Origin: Candidatus Enterousia sp.
GTDB lineage: Bacteria > Pseudomonadota > Alphaproteobacteria > Rs-D84
DNA: 64,000 nucleotides
NCBI GenBank assembly: GCA_045634865.1
Contig: JAZRBB010000002.1
Location: 197,162 to 261,161 of the forward strand
Direction of reading: 5' to 3'
The translations under genes were made by a program, and so were the position numbers. Every line of letters starts with the position of its first letter. Position 1 is the stretch's first letter. Under the pieces are notes generated by a model. The model ran no database searches. It was given only the letters and a program-made list of their open reading frames with translations, and was not told the origin of the DNA. Below are positions 1 through 9,587 of the stretch, piece after piece.

Positions 1-227
1 ATATTGATTACATAGATTTAGATTATGGTTTAATTGGTGGTTATTATTCTTTGGGAATGCAAGGCCCAACAATGGGCAGTCGCACAGGATACCTTGTATT
101 CAAAACAGAATTCACAACAAATGGCATGCAGTTTCGTGCTGCCACATATAAAAACGCAGACAGCAAGAATTATCCTGGCCGAACAATAAAACCGGGTGAA
201 TATGCTGTTGATGCACTGGACGACTAA
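1..227 (+). CDS. 3' end of a gene that begins before the window (C-terminal fragment ...GEYAVDALDD*); function unknown
   Basis: Open frame from the window edge, in frame with the stop at 225-227. It lies directly upstream of the response-regulator gene. No recognisable motif. Confidence 0.3.
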   Translation, partial: IDYIDLDYGLIGGYYSLGMQGPTMGSRTGYLVFKTEFTTNGMQFRAATYKNADSKNYPGRTIKPGEYAVDALDD

Positions 228-239
228 AAAAATAAACCG

Positions 240-875
240 ATGGACAAAAGTGTTCTTGTTATTGACGATGATAAAATGTTGCGTGATACTTTGACAAATG
301 GGTTACGCAAACAAAATTTTACTGTATTGACAGCAGATTCAGCAGAAACCGCCCACGAAATATTGGGGCGGGTATCTGTTGATGCGATGATACTTGATAG
401 AATGATGCCTGGGCAAGATGGGCTAAGTTTTCTGAAACAAATTCGTGCCAAAGGTGATACAACACCTGTAATTATGTTAACGGCGATGTCTGGTTCAGAT
501 AATGCTATAAGTGGTCTGGCCGAAGGGGCTGACGACTACTTGCCAAAACCTTTTCAGTTTCAGGAGTTAGTTCTTAGATTAAAAAATATCACAAATCGCA
601 CAAAACCAACACACTCCCAGAACGTGTTGCCAACATGTTTAATATACACAGACGGTGAATTTTTTATAAATTTAGATAGTGTAGGGACCAAAAAACTGCT
701 TTCTTTGTCGACCGAAGAAAAAAAATTATTACAGAGTTTAACACAACCGTTTGGAAGCATTGTATCGGCTACACCAATGGTTGCAAAACGCTTGCGTAAT
801 AAAATAAATAGTGTATCATCAGACATAGATATTATAACCGTTCGCGGAATGGGTTATAAAATTATAAACACTTAA
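240..875 (+). CDS. OmpR-family two-component response regulator (receiver domain plus winged-helix domain)
   Basis: N-terminus VLVIDDD...DAMILDRMMPGQDG...KPF is a CheY-like receiver domain. C-terminal ...ITVRGMGYKI is an OmpR-type wing. The sensor kinase gene follows. Confidence 0.85.
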   Translation: MDKSVLVIDDDKMLRDTLTNGLRKQNFTVLTADSAETAHEILGRVSVDAMILDRMMPGQDGLSFLKQIRAKGDTTPVIMLTAMSGSDNAISGLAEGADDYLPKPFQFQELVLRLKNITNRTKPTHSQNVLPTCLIYTDGEFFINLDSVGTKKLLSLSTEEKKLLQSLTQPFGSIVSATPMVAKRLRNKINSVSSDIDIITVRGMGYKIINT

Positions 876-886
876 ACGGTAAAAAA

Positions 887-2167
887 ATGAGATTGATACC
901 TCGCAGTTTTTTATGGCGAACGATTTTAATGGTGTTATTACCACTGATTGTTGCGCTTTTGATTGTTGCAAATGCGTTTTTCGGGAACCACTGGCGTCGT
1001 GTTCATGCGACTTTGGCACGCACTTTGTCTGGTGAAATAACAACTATGATGCATTTTATGGATGAAGGTGATGCTAAATCAGTAAAAATGCTAGCACATG
1101 ATATTGGTATAAATGTCAGCATAAACGAAAAATTAAATCGTCCATCTAAAAATGACAACAACTCAATGGAGGCGGGACGGTTAGCCAACGAATTACAAAG
1201 GCGATTGAAACAACCTGCAGATATTTATGTTGATCGTGCAAACCGTTTATTATTCGTAGATATTCCAACAAAAGATGGAAAAATTGCTACTTTTGCGACA
1301 ACGATGTACCGTATTTATTCCACCAGCACCGAAGTGTTTTTGATTTGGCTGATTGGCGCTATATTAATAGTATCTGCACTTGTATCGCCATTTGTTATAT
1401 TTCATACACGCAGTATCCGCAGAATTGCCAAGGCTGCTAATAAATTCGGTCGCGGCATGGACGTACCTGGATTTCAACCAACTGGGTCTGCAGAAATCAG
1501 GGAAGCCGCTACTGCAATGATAACTATGAAGGAACGGTTGAACAGATATAACAAAACACGAACAGACATGTTGAACGCCGTTGGACACGACTTGAAAACA
1601 CCTTTGACACGTATGCGTTTGGCTGTCGAAACAGATTCTGCAAAAAAAGAAGATTTATTACATAATATTGATCGTATGACCGAAATGGTAAACGGTTATC
1701 TGGCTTTTGCACGTGGCGAAATGCCTGAAATAGAGCAGGCAACCGAACTACCAGCAACATTGACACGAATTGCACGTGATGCAGCGCCAAAGAAAAACAT
1801 TATTTTAGATTTTCCATCGACTCCTATTCAGTTCTATGCACGTCCATCTGCATTGACCAGCGCTTTTACTAATATCATTGAAAATGCGGCAAGATATGCG
1901 AAAAAAACAATAAAAATATCAGAACAAGATTCAGACGATTCGGTCACTGTAATCATAGAAGACGACGGTCCAGGTATCCCAGATAATAAAAAAGCCCAAG
2001 CATTACAGCCTTTTGTTCGTCTGGACGAATCGCGTAATGAATCCACCGGGGGAACTGGGCTTGGTTTATCCATAGCACAAACAGCCATCGAAAATCATGG
2101 TGGTCAAATATTCTTGGAAAACAGTGATTTAGGTGGCTTAAAGGTTCGTGTAGTTTTACCATTGTAA
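887..2167 (+). CDS. Sensor histidine kinase (EnvZ-like: two transmembrane segments, HAMP, HisKA, HATPase_c)
   Basis: H-box AVGHDLKTPLTRMRL, N-box IIENAARYA, G1 IEDDGPGIP, G2 GGTGLGLSIAQ. Two N-terminal hydrophobic segments. Confidence 0.85.
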   Translation: MRLIPRSFLWRTILMVLLPLIVALLIVANAFFGNHWRRVHATLARTLSGEITTMMHFMDEGDAKSVKMLAHDIGINVSINEKLNRPSKNDNNSMEAGRLANELQRRLKQPADIYVDRANRLLFVDIPTKDGKIATFATTMYRIYSTSTEVFLIWLIGAILIVSALVSPFVIFHTRSIRRIAKAANKFGRGMDVPGFQPTGSAEIREAATAMITMKERLNRYNKTRTDMLNAVGHDLKTPLTRMRLAVETDSAKKEDLLHNIDRMTEMVNGYLAFARGEMPEIEQATELPATLTRIARDAAPKKNIILDFPSTPIQFYARPSALTSAFTNIIENAARYAKKTIKISEQDSDDSVTVIIEDDGPGIPDNKKAQALQPFVRLDESRNESTGGTGLGLSIAQTAIENHGGQIFLENSDLGGLKVRVVLPL

Positions 2168-2183
2168 TTAAAGAGATTTCATT

Positions 2184-3839
2184 ATGAATTTATATAAATA
2201 TGTATCAGATGCGATAAACGATAAACTTGGACTTGTTGCCAATTTGGAGGTTCCAAAAAATCGTGATTTTGGTGATTTTTCTACAAATGCAGCAATGGTT
2301 GGTGCCAAGGCAGCAGGTAAAAATCCACGCGAATTAGCAAATGAAATCTTGCCAAAGTTGCAAGAACTAAATTTTGTTGAAGACGTTTCTGTCGCAGGTC
2401 CTGGATTTATAAACATTAAAATAAAAGATAATTTTATTCTGAATAACACAACAATACCTGAACACATTGCCACACAAAAATCATTAATGTTAGATTTAGA
2501 TTATGGCAGTTATAATATCGGCAAGGCATTACATATCGGTCATTTGCGTCCAATCGTTGTTGGCGATACTTTCAATCGCATTGCAAAATTCGTTGGACAC
2601 AAAACCAAAAGTTATAATCATGTTGGCGATTGGGGACGCCCAATGGGACTGATTATCGCATGGATTTTGGAATACGGTATGCCAAAAGACGCAGAAGAGT
2701 TTAACAAAATATACCCCGTATCTACAGCACGCGCAAACGAAGACGAAAAATGGCTGAACCATGCACGTGAAATAACATCTGAATTGCAACGTGGTAATCC
2801 TGAATATACCAAAATATATAACGAATTTATCCCTATGTCTTTGGCGCAAATGAACAGCGTTGTCCAAAGAATGAACGTTTTGCCTTTTGATATGATTATG
2901 GGCGAAAAGGGCGTATCTGAATATATCCCAGACGCAAAAGCAATTCTGGAAAACAAAAAATTGCTGGAACAATCTGATGGCGCTTTGGTTGTAAATATTC
3001 GTAATGAAGCAGATAACGCACCGATGCCACCATTGATTTTCCAAACGAATACAGGCGCAAACAGTTATGCGGCTGCAGATGTTGCTGCTATATATTACAG
3101 AAACAAAAATGACAATCCTGATAAAATTGTATACTTTACCGATTCGCGTCAGACGCTACATTTTCAACAACTGTTTCGTGCGGTAAAAATGGCGAATATC
3201 ACAACGGCAGATTTAATACACGTTGGCTTTGGAACAATAACAGGAATGGACGGAAAACCATTCAAAACGCGCGATGGGAATACCGCCAGTTTGTCTGATA
3301 TTTTAGACATGGTGGAAACGGCAGTTCGGGAACGTGTTGCCGAATCAAACAAATCACTTGATGACACAACAATCAACCAAATTGCATTGGCAGCAGTAAA
3401 GTTTAATGACTTGATTCACGACATAAAATCAGACTATGTTTTTGACCCAAAAGCCATCACTAGTTTTGAGGGACGCACAGGTCCATATATATTATATACT
3501 GCCGTTCGGTTAAATTCTGTATTAAAGCGTGCTGACACAACCATAGTAAAGCCAAAATCGTATGAATTATCATCTGATGAACGCAACATTTTGATTCAGA
3601 TTATGGATTTCGAACGTATGATATTGTCTGCTTGTGAAAATCATGCACCTGATTTATTGGCTAATTACACATACGATTTATGCCAACTGGCTAACAACTT
3701 CTATCACAACTGCCCAATTTTGCGCGATGATGTCGCACCAGAATTACGGGCAGGGCGTTTGTACATTGCAAAATTGGCCTTTGACACATTGAAAATCGCC
3801 ATAGATTTAATGGGATTGCAGATTCCAAATGAAATGTAA
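2184..3839 (+). CDS. argS: Arginyl-tRNA synthetase
   Basis: ArgS-like N-terminal domain, class I HIGH motif (ALHIGHLRP), typical length of 551 aa, C-terminus ending ...NEM. RBS AAAGAG upstream. Confidence 0.9.
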   Translation: MNLYKYVSDAINDKLGLVANLEVPKNRDFGDFSTNAAMVGAKAAGKNPRELANEILPKLQELNFVEDVSVAGPGFINIKIKDNFILNNTTIPEHIATQKSLMLDLDYGSYNIGKALHIGHLRPIVVGDTFNRIAKFVGHKTKSYNHVGDWGRPMGLIIAWILEYGMPKDAEEFNKIYPVSTARANEDEKWLNHAREITSELQRGNPEYTKIYNEFIPMSLAQMNSVVQRMNVLPFDMIMGEKGVSEYIPDAKAILENKKLLEQSDGALVVNIRNEADNAPMPPLIFQTNTGANSYAAADVAAIYYRNKNDNPDKIVYFTDSRQTLHFQQLFRAVKMANITTADLIHVGFGTITGMDGKPFKTRDGNTASLSDILDMVETAVRERVAESNKSLDDTTINQIALAAVKFNDLIHDIKSDYVFDPKAITSFEGRTGPYILYTAVRLNSVLKRADTTIVKPKSYELSSDERNILIQIMDFERMILSACENHAPDLLANYTYDLCQLANNFYHNCPILRDDVAPELRAGRLYIAKLAFDTLKIAIDLMGLQIPNEM

Positions 3840-3871
3840 TATACGGTAATATAATACCATAATGATTTTTC

Positions 3872-3900
3872 TTGACTTTTGTGCGTATTTGCGACATAAT
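3872..3900 (+). promoter_or_regulatory. Sigma70-like promoter for rplM-rpsI (TTGACT-17-CATAAT)
   Basis: -35 TTGACT at 3872-3877 and -10 CATAAT at 3895-3900, with a 17-nt spacer. Sits ~40 nt upstream of the rplM start. Confidence 0.5.
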
Positions 3901-3938
3901 ACGCACGTTATTTTTAACAACAACAAAGGTAAAAAACA

Positions 3939-4412
3939 ATGACAACGACAAAATCGTTAAAAAAATGCGAATTGGAAGCCAAATGGTATCTGATTGACGC
4001 AACAGATTGCACATTGGGTCGTTTGGCGGTATTTGCTGCCAATATACTGCGTGGCAAGAATAAACCAACATGGACACCAAATATGGATTGTGGCGACCAT
4101 GTTATTATCATCAATGCGGACAAGGTTGCTTTGACAGGACACAAAGATGAAAAGACAAAGTTCTTTTGGCATTCTTTGTGGACAGGCAGCACCAAAGAAC
4201 GCACATTGGGTCAGATGCGCTCTGAAAAACCTGAAAAATTGATTACAAATGCTGTTAAACGCATGATGGGTCGTCGCACAGCAGTTGCATTGGCAAACAA
4301 ACGTTTGACTAAATTGCACGTATATGCTGGCGCAGAACACAAACATTCTGCACAAAATCCAATCGTTATTGATTTTGGTAGTTTGAATCGTAAAAACAAA
4401 AGGGGCGAATAA
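3939..4412 (+). CDS. rplM: 50S ribosomal protein L13
   Basis: [23 protein letters not shown]...LGRLA...[16 protein letters not shown] is a canonical L13 sequence. Confidence 0.95.
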   Translation: MTTTKSLKKCELEAKWYLIDATDCTLGRLAVFAANILRGKNKPTWTPNMDCGDHVIIINADKVALTGHKDEKTKFFWHSLWTGSTKERTLGQMRSEKPEKLITNAVKRMMGRRTAVALANKRLTKLHVYAGAEHKHSAQNPIVIDFGSLNRKNKRGE

Positions 4413-4930
4413 TGACAGAAGTTAAAAAAACAGCAGCAAAGAAACCAGCTGCGAAAACAACAGCAAAGAAAGCAGCCCCTGCAAAGAAAGCAACCGTTGC
4501 TAAATCAGCAACTGCAAAGGCTACAGTTGCAACAACAAAATTGTCTGGTGCAACATACGCAACTGGCAAACGTAAAGATTCTGTTGCACGTGTATATCTG
4601 ATGCCGGGCAAGGGTAATATGGTTGTAAACGGCGTTGCCATGAAAGATTATTTCAAACGTGCAGTGTTGCAAATGATTTTGGCACAACCATTTGATGTGA
4701 CAAAACGTGATGGCGCATACGACGTTGTTGCCATGGTATCTGGCGGTGGTTTATCTGGCCAAGCTGGTGCAGTAAAACATGGTATTTCCAAAGCATTGGA
4801 AAAAGCAGAACCAGAATTACGCAAAGCGTTAAAGGCTGCTGGATTCTTGACACGTGATAGTCGTGTTGTTGAACGTAAGCACTATGGTTTCCACAAGGCT
4901 CGTCGTTCTACTCAGTTCAGCAAACGTTAA
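4412..4930 (+). CDS. rpsI: 30S ribosomal protein S9 with ~43-aa Ala/Lys-rich N-terminal extension
   Basis: Canonical S9 core and C-terminus ...[14 protein letters not shown]. Start codon overlaps the rplM stop (ATGA). The N-terminal [19 protein letters not shown] tail is unusual. Confidence 0.95.
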   Translation: MTEVKKTAAKKPAAKTTAKKAAPAKKATVAKSATAKATVATTKLSGATYATGKRKDSVARVYLMPGKGNMVVNGVAMKDYFKRAVLQMILAQPFDVTKRDGAYDVVAMVSGGGLSGQAGAVKHGISKALEKAEPELRKALKAAGFLTRDSRVVERKHYGFHKARRSTQFSKR

Positions 4931-4950
4931 TCGCTGGAACAAACACACAA

Positions 4951-4978
4951 AAAGCACCGCAAACGCGGTGTTTTTTGA
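4951..4978 (+). terminator. Rho-independent terminator after rpsI
   Basis: Hairpin aaagcaccgcAAACgcggtgcttttttg. Confidence 0.7.
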
Positions 4979-5044
4979 TAGGAAGGTATCTTGGTATAAA
5001 ACCAGCATGTTTGTTGTGGTTACTAATATTCCCAAATCTTTATG

Positions 5045-5073
5045 TTGCGTTTGGAAAAAAATGTTTGTATAAT
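5045..5073 (+). promoter_or_regulatory. Sigma70-like promoter for tig (TTGCGT-17-TATAAT)
   Basis: -35 TTGCGT at 5045-5050 and -10 TATAAT at 5068-5073, with a 17-nt spacer. Sits ~35 nt upstream of the tig ATG. Confidence 0.5.
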
Positions 5074-5108
5074 TGAACGCAACTTACTTAGTTCACAAAG
5101 GATGTATT

Positions 5109-6425
5109 ATGATTACAAAAGATAAAATCAAAGATTTACATTATTCTGTAAACGGCAAAATCGCCGCAGATGATTTGCAAAAAATTGCTGATGAGGTTTT
5201 AACAGAATTTGGTAAAACCGCAAAAATGGCAGGTTTCCGTCAGGGACATATTCCATTATCTGTATTGCGTCAAAAATACAATGCTTCCGCCTATGGCGAA
5301 GCCGTTGATAAAGCAATGAACAATGATTTGAATACTTATATTGCCGACAAAAAAATTCGCTTGGCCGGTCAACCAAAAGTTGATTTGAGTGGTTGGGAAA
5401 TCGGTAAAGATGTCGAATATTCTATGGAATTTGATATTTTGCCAACTTTGCCAGAAATCGATTTATCTAAAATTACCGTCACTAAAAAAGTCGCAAAACT
5501 GGATGAAAAGGAAGTCGATACGGCTTTGGAAAACATTCGTAAATCACGCAGTGTTGCTGAAAAGCAAGACGAAAAATACAAGGCACAAAATGGCGACGTT
5601 GCTGTGATTGATTTCAAGGGTTTTATGGACGGTGTTGCGTTCGAAGGTGGCGAAGCCAAAAAGCATCATTTGATTTTGGGTTCTGGTGCTTTCATTCCAG
5701 GTTTCGAAGACCAAGTTATTGGTCACAAAGCAGGCGATAAATTCGATGTAAACGTAAAGTTTCCAAAAGATTATCATGCCTCAAACTTGGCAGGCAAAGA
5801 TGCAAAATTCGAGATTGAATTACATGAAGTTCGCAAACATATTTTGCCAGAGATGAATGACGAATTGGCTAAACAAGTTGGTCAAGAATCTGTGGAAAAA
5901 CTGAAAGAACATATTCGTGAAATCATTTCTGGCCAATATACAGAAGCCGCTCAACGCGATATGCGCAATGAATTGCTGGACGTGTTGGCTGATAAAGTTA
6001 AAATGGATTTGCCTGAAACTTTGGTTGAACAAGAATACAATATGGCAAAACAAGAACATGATCACCAGCACGAACACTGTGAACACAAAGACGAAAAATG
6101 CAAAGATTGCAAGTGGGACGAAAAGCAAGAACGCAAAGACGCAGAACGTCGTGTTAAATTGGGCTTGATTTTGGCAGAGTGGGGCACACAAAACAAAGTT
6201 GAAGTGACCCGCGATGATTTGCAACAGGCAATCTGGGCAGAGGCTTCCCGTTATCCAGATCCAAAACAGATTTTCGAGTTCTATAACAAAAACCAAAACG
6301 CAGTTGCTATGTTGCGTGGTATGTTATTCGAAAGAAAGGCTTTGGACGAAATGCTGAAACAAGTAAATCAGAAAGAAAAATCTGTTCCAGCAGATGAATT
6401 GTTCAAGCAAGCATCTGTTAGATAA
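5109..6425 (+). CDS. tig: Trigger factor (ribosome-associated PPIase chaperone)
   Basis: MITKDKIKDLHYS...GFRQGHIPLSVLRQKY matches the trigger factor N-domain, followed by an FKBP-type middle domain. RBS AAAGGA sits 7 nt before the ATG at 5109. The listed ORF start at 5073 is probably too far upstream. Confidence 0.9.
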   Translation: MITKDKIKDLHYSVNGKIAADDLQKIADEVLTEFGKTAKMAGFRQGHIPLSVLRQKYNASAYGEAVDKAMNNDLNTYIADKKIRLAGQPKVDLSGWEIGKDVEYSMEFDILPTLPEIDLSKITVTKKVAKLDEKEVDTALENIRKSRSVAEKQDEKYKAQNGDVAVIDFKGFMDGVAFEGGEAKKHHLILGSGAFIPGFEDQVIGHKAGDKFDVNVKFPKDYHASNLAGKDAKFEIELHEVRKHILPEMNDELAKQVGQESVEKLKEHIREIISGQYTEAAQRDMRNELLDVLADKVKMDLPETLVEQEYNMAKQEHDHQHEHCEHKDEKCKDCKWDEKQERKDAERRVKLGLILAEWGTQNKVEVTRDDLQQAIWAEASRYPDPKQIFEFYNKNQNAVAMLRGMLFERKALDEMLKQVNQKEKSVPADELFKQASVR

Positions 6426-6430
6426 TTTAC

Positions 6431-6456
6431 ACCGCCCAATCGGGCGGTTTTTTCTT
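6431..6456 (+). terminator. Rho-independent terminator after tig
   Basis: Hairpin caccgcccaatcgggcggtttttt. Confidence 0.75.
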
Positions 6457-6599
6457 AGATTTTACTTGATTTTTGTAATTTTTACATATATAATTGCCTG
6501 GATTTCATGGGTGGGCATGATTTCAATCCGAATAACCCCACAAGACCTCGTCTTTACAAAACTACAATATGACGATGGCAAGCTTTGTTGAAAATTCTT

Positions 6600-8288
6600 A
6601 TGAAAGATTTATCCAAAGATTTATTTAATCCTGTATCTGGCGAAGATTTCGTCCAAATGTTTGATAAAAACTATGGTGCCCAGGAAACTTTGCAAGGATA
6701 CGCTACAAAAGGAACAGTCAAAGATATTCGTGGCGATTTTGCTATGGTTGATGTTGGCTTGAAATCCGAAGGTCGCATTCCATTAAAGGAATTCGGCGCA
6801 TCTGTCCCATCTGTGGGTGATATTATCGACGTTTTCGTTGAACGCTATGAATCCCGCGAAGGAACAGCAGTATTATCTTATACCAAGGCTCGTGCTGAAA
6901 AAGCATGGAAAGATTTGGAAAAAACTGTTGCAGAAGGTATCGATCCAGAAGGAACCATTATCGATGTTGTTCGTGGTGGTTATACTGTGGATATCAACGG
7001 TGTATTCGCATTTATGCCATCTTCCCAGGTTGATCATAAACCTGTGCGTGATGCAAAATCTTTGATTGGCTTGAAAGACAAATTCCGCGTTCTGAAAATG
7101 GATGCTTTGCGCACAAACGCTATTGTATCTCGTCGCGCAATCCAGGCTGATACTATCGCAGCACAACAGCAAGAAGCAATGAAAAACATTTCTTTGGGCG
7201 CTGTGGTCGAAGGTACAGTCAAAAACATCACAGACTATGGTGTATTTGTTGATTTGGGCGGTATTGATGGTTTGTTGCATGTGACAGATTTGTCTTGGAA
7301 ACGCATCAATCATCCACGTGAATTGGTTCATGTCGGTGAAAAAATCAAAGTGAAAGTTATTCAATTTGATCCAGAATCTCATCGTATTTCGTTGGGTGCA
7401 AAACAATTGGAAGAAGACCCTTGGGAAACAGCTTCCAAGGCTTTCAATATTGGCGATACAGTGACTGGCAAAGTATCATCTTTGACAGATTACGGTGCAT
7501 TTATTGATTTGGGCAATAATATCGAAGGTTTGGTCCATATGTCTGAATTGTCCTGGACAAACAAAAATATTCACCCAAGCAAAGTTTTGCAAAATGGTCA
7601 AGAAATCAATGTTGTTGTTTTGGATATCGACCAAGAAAAACGTCGTATTTCTTTGGGCTATAAACAACTGCAACCAAATCCTTGGAAAGATTTTGCAGAA
7701 TCTCACAAGGTGGGCGATGTTATTACTGGTCCAATTAAAAACACAACTGAATTCGGTCTGTTTGTCGCATTGACACCAGATTTAGACGGTATGATTCACA
7801 TTTCTGACTTGTCCTGGAACAAATTGGACGAAGAAGAATTAAAGAAATTTGTTCGTGGCCAAGAAGTCACAGCAAAAATCTTGGACATTAATCCAGAAAA
7901 AGAACGCATTACTTTGGGTATCAAACAATTGACTGAAAGTGCTGAAAATAACAACACTTCTATCAAGAAAGGTGCCGTTGTATGCGGAACAGTTTCTGAA
8001 ATCACACCTGATGAATTGATTCTGGCTTTGCCAGGTGATGTTCGTGGAACAATTCGTCGTACAGATTTGTCACGCGAAAAAGCTGAACAAGACACATCTA
8101 AATACAGCGTTGGCGATTCAGTAGAAGCATCTGTTGTTTCTGTTGATGGCAACAATGTAAAACTGTCTATTCGTGCATTACAAGTGACACTGGAAAAGCA
8201 GGCTGTAAAAGAATTTGCTAATGAAGCAGATTCTGGTTCTGTTTTAGGTGACATTTTAGGTGCTGCGATTGAAAACAGCAAAAAATAA
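6600..8288 (+). CDS. rpsA: 30S ribosomal protein S1 (six S1 domains)
   Basis: Repeated S1-domain signatures (GxV..I..G.FVD...GLLH.S....). ~560 aa. The ATG at 6600 (MKDLSKDLF...) is preferred over the TTG at 6585. Confidence 0.93.
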   Translation: MKDLSKDLFNPVSGEDFVQMFDKNYGAQETLQGYATKGTVKDIRGDFAMVDVGLKSEGRIPLKEFGASVPSVGDIIDVFVERYESREGTAVLSYTKARAEKAWKDLEKTVAEGIDPEGTIIDVVRGGYTVDINGVFAFMPSSQVDHKPVRDAKSLIGLKDKFRVLKMDALRTNAIVSRRAIQADTIAAQQQEAMKNISLGAVVEGTVKNITDYGVFVDLGGIDGLLHVTDLSWKRINHPRELVHVGEKIKVKVIQFDPESHRISLGAKQLEEDPWETASKAFNIGDTVTGKVSSLTDYGAFIDLGNNIEGLVHMSELSWTNKNIHPSKVLQNGQEINVVVLDIDQEKRRISLGYKQLQPNPWKDFAESHKVGDVITGPIKNTTEFGLFVALTPDLDGMIHISDLSWNKLDEEELKKFVRGQEVTAKILDINPEKERITLGIKQLTESAENNNTSIKKGAVVCGTVSEITPDELILALPGDVRGTIRRTDLSREKAEQDTSKYSVGDSVEASVVSVDGNNVKLSIRALQVTLEKQAVKEFANEADSGSVLGDILGAAIENSKK

Positions 8289-8307
8289 TAATTTATAGAC
8301 ATAAATT

Positions 8308-8340
8308 ATCCAATAAAGTCCAACTTTTTGTTGGACTTTT
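8308..8340 (+). terminator. Rho-independent terminator after rpsA
   Basis: Hairpin aaagtccaacTTTTTgttggactttttt. Confidence 0.75.
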
Positions 8341-8387
8341 TTATATTTATGTTAAAATTTATCAGGAAAATTACAAAAGGATGAAAT

Positions 8388-9032
8388 ATGGAAAAAGCAA
8401 AAAATAAAATTATTGTTTTGATGGGCGGTCAAGGTGCAGGCAAGGGCACACACGCAAAAAATTTAGTTGCACAGAAAGGGTTTAAATACATAGAAGTTGG
8501 CGCTATTTTGCGCGATTTACCACCTGAATCACCTACAAAACAAATTATGGCACGTGGCGAATTAGTTCCAGATTCAGAATTATTTCCAATTATCAGCAAA
8601 GCAATAGAAGCATGTGGCAAATCTGACATACTTCTTGATGGCTTTCCACGCAATGTTGAACAAGCCAAATGGTTGGTTAAACAATATGCCTCTGATAAAT
8701 CTCCTTATGACATTCACGTGTTGCATCTAAGTCTGCCTGAAAAAGTCATGATTCAACGTATCGCGAATCGGGTTAAAGAAGGCGGTGGTCGTGCAGACGA
8801 TGCGGATTCAGCAGTTGTCCAGAAACGTCTGGATGGGTTCAAGAAAGAAACATTACCTGCAATCGAGTTCTTGAAAAAATCAAACGGAATATATTTTTAT
8901 GCTGTTGACGTCAGCCCAGAAGACTTTACAACAAATTTTCTTAGCGTATGCAATGCACTGGGTATAGACAACATAGATAAAAATAAATTACAAGTAAATG
9001 TAGCCAATTTGCATTTATCAAACAATCGTTAA
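8388..9032 (+). CDS. adk: Adenylate kinase
   Basis: P-loop GGQGAGKGT, NMP-binding LLDGFPRNVEQA, short LID GGRADDADS. RBS AAAGGA upstream. Confidence 0.75.
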   Translation: MEKAKNKIIVLMGGQGAGKGTHAKNLVAQKGFKYIEVGAILRDLPPESPTKQIMARGELVPDSELFPIISKAIEACGKSDILLDGFPRNVEQAKWLVKQYASDKSPYDIHVLHLSLPEKVMIQRIANRVKEGGGRADDADSAVVQKRLDGFKKETLPAIEFLKKSNGIYFYAVDVSPEDFTTNFLSVCNALGIDNIDKNKLQVNVANLHLSNNR

Positions 9033-9039
9033 TATAAAA

Positions 9040-9068
9040 AGCCAACTTTTATGTTGGCTTTTTTTCAA
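9040..9068 (+). terminator. Rho-independent terminator after adk
   Basis: Hairpin aaagccaactTTTAtgttggcttttttt. Confidence 0.7.
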
Positions 9069-9162
9069 GCATATACTGATAAAAATTTTTTACTTGCACG
9101 AATCGGTGAAATGCTACTAGTATTGCACTGTCAAAAAACATTAAGCCAAAGGAAAGGACTTC

Positions 9163-9540
9163 ATGATAGTAGGAATCGGAATTGATTTGGTCGAAAGCGA
9201 CAGATTTCTTGATTGGTCTGCTTTCAAAAAACAACGCATTTTTACCAAGAAGGAACTGGAATATGCAGATGAAGATAACGCACGCGCCGAAAAACATCTT
9301 GCTAATTTCTGGGCCGCCCGCGAAGCAACATTAAAGGCATTAGGGACTGGATTTGGCGATGATATTTCTTTTTCGGATATATCTGTTGTTCATAATGATG
9401 CCGGGCAACCAGAATTGGTCGTTGCGGGTGGGGCAAAAAATGTATTGAAAGAATTAGCTGGACCAAACGCAAAAGTATTTCTGTCGATGACTGACCAAGA
9501 TAATTTTTCTGCTGCAATGGTCGTTATTGAAAAACAATAA
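9163..9540 (+). CDS. acpS: Holo-[acyl-carrier-protein] synthase (4'-phosphopantetheinyl transferase)
   Basis: MIVGIGIDLVE...AAREATLKALGTG... is the AcpS signature. 125 aa. Confidence 0.85.
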   Translation: MIVGIGIDLVESDRFLDWSAFKKQRIFTKKELEYADEDNARAEKHLANFWAAREATLKALGTGFGDDISFSDISVVHNDAGQPELVVAGGAKNVLKELAGPNAKVFLSMTDQDNFSAAMVVIEKQ

Positions 9541-9554
9541 AAACACTAACATAA

Positions 9555-9587
9555 AAAAATACCGTCCAAAATTGACGGTATTTTTTT
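9555..9587. terminator. Bidirectional terminator between convergent acpS and the 640-aa gene
   Basis: aaaaaaataccgtcAAAATTgacggtattttttt is a hairpin flanked by an A-run and a T-run. Confidence 0.7.

Noticed and set aside
4366-4641. 91-aa Ala/Val/Phe-rich ORF on the minus strand
   Set aside because: Antisense to the Ala/Lys-rich 5' part of rpsI. A compositional artefact.
8388-9032. Cytidylate kinase (cmk), as commonly found adjacent to rpsA
   Set aside because: The motifs LLDGFPRNVEQA and the short LID GGRADD fit adenylate kinase better than Cmk. Called adk with moderate confidence.
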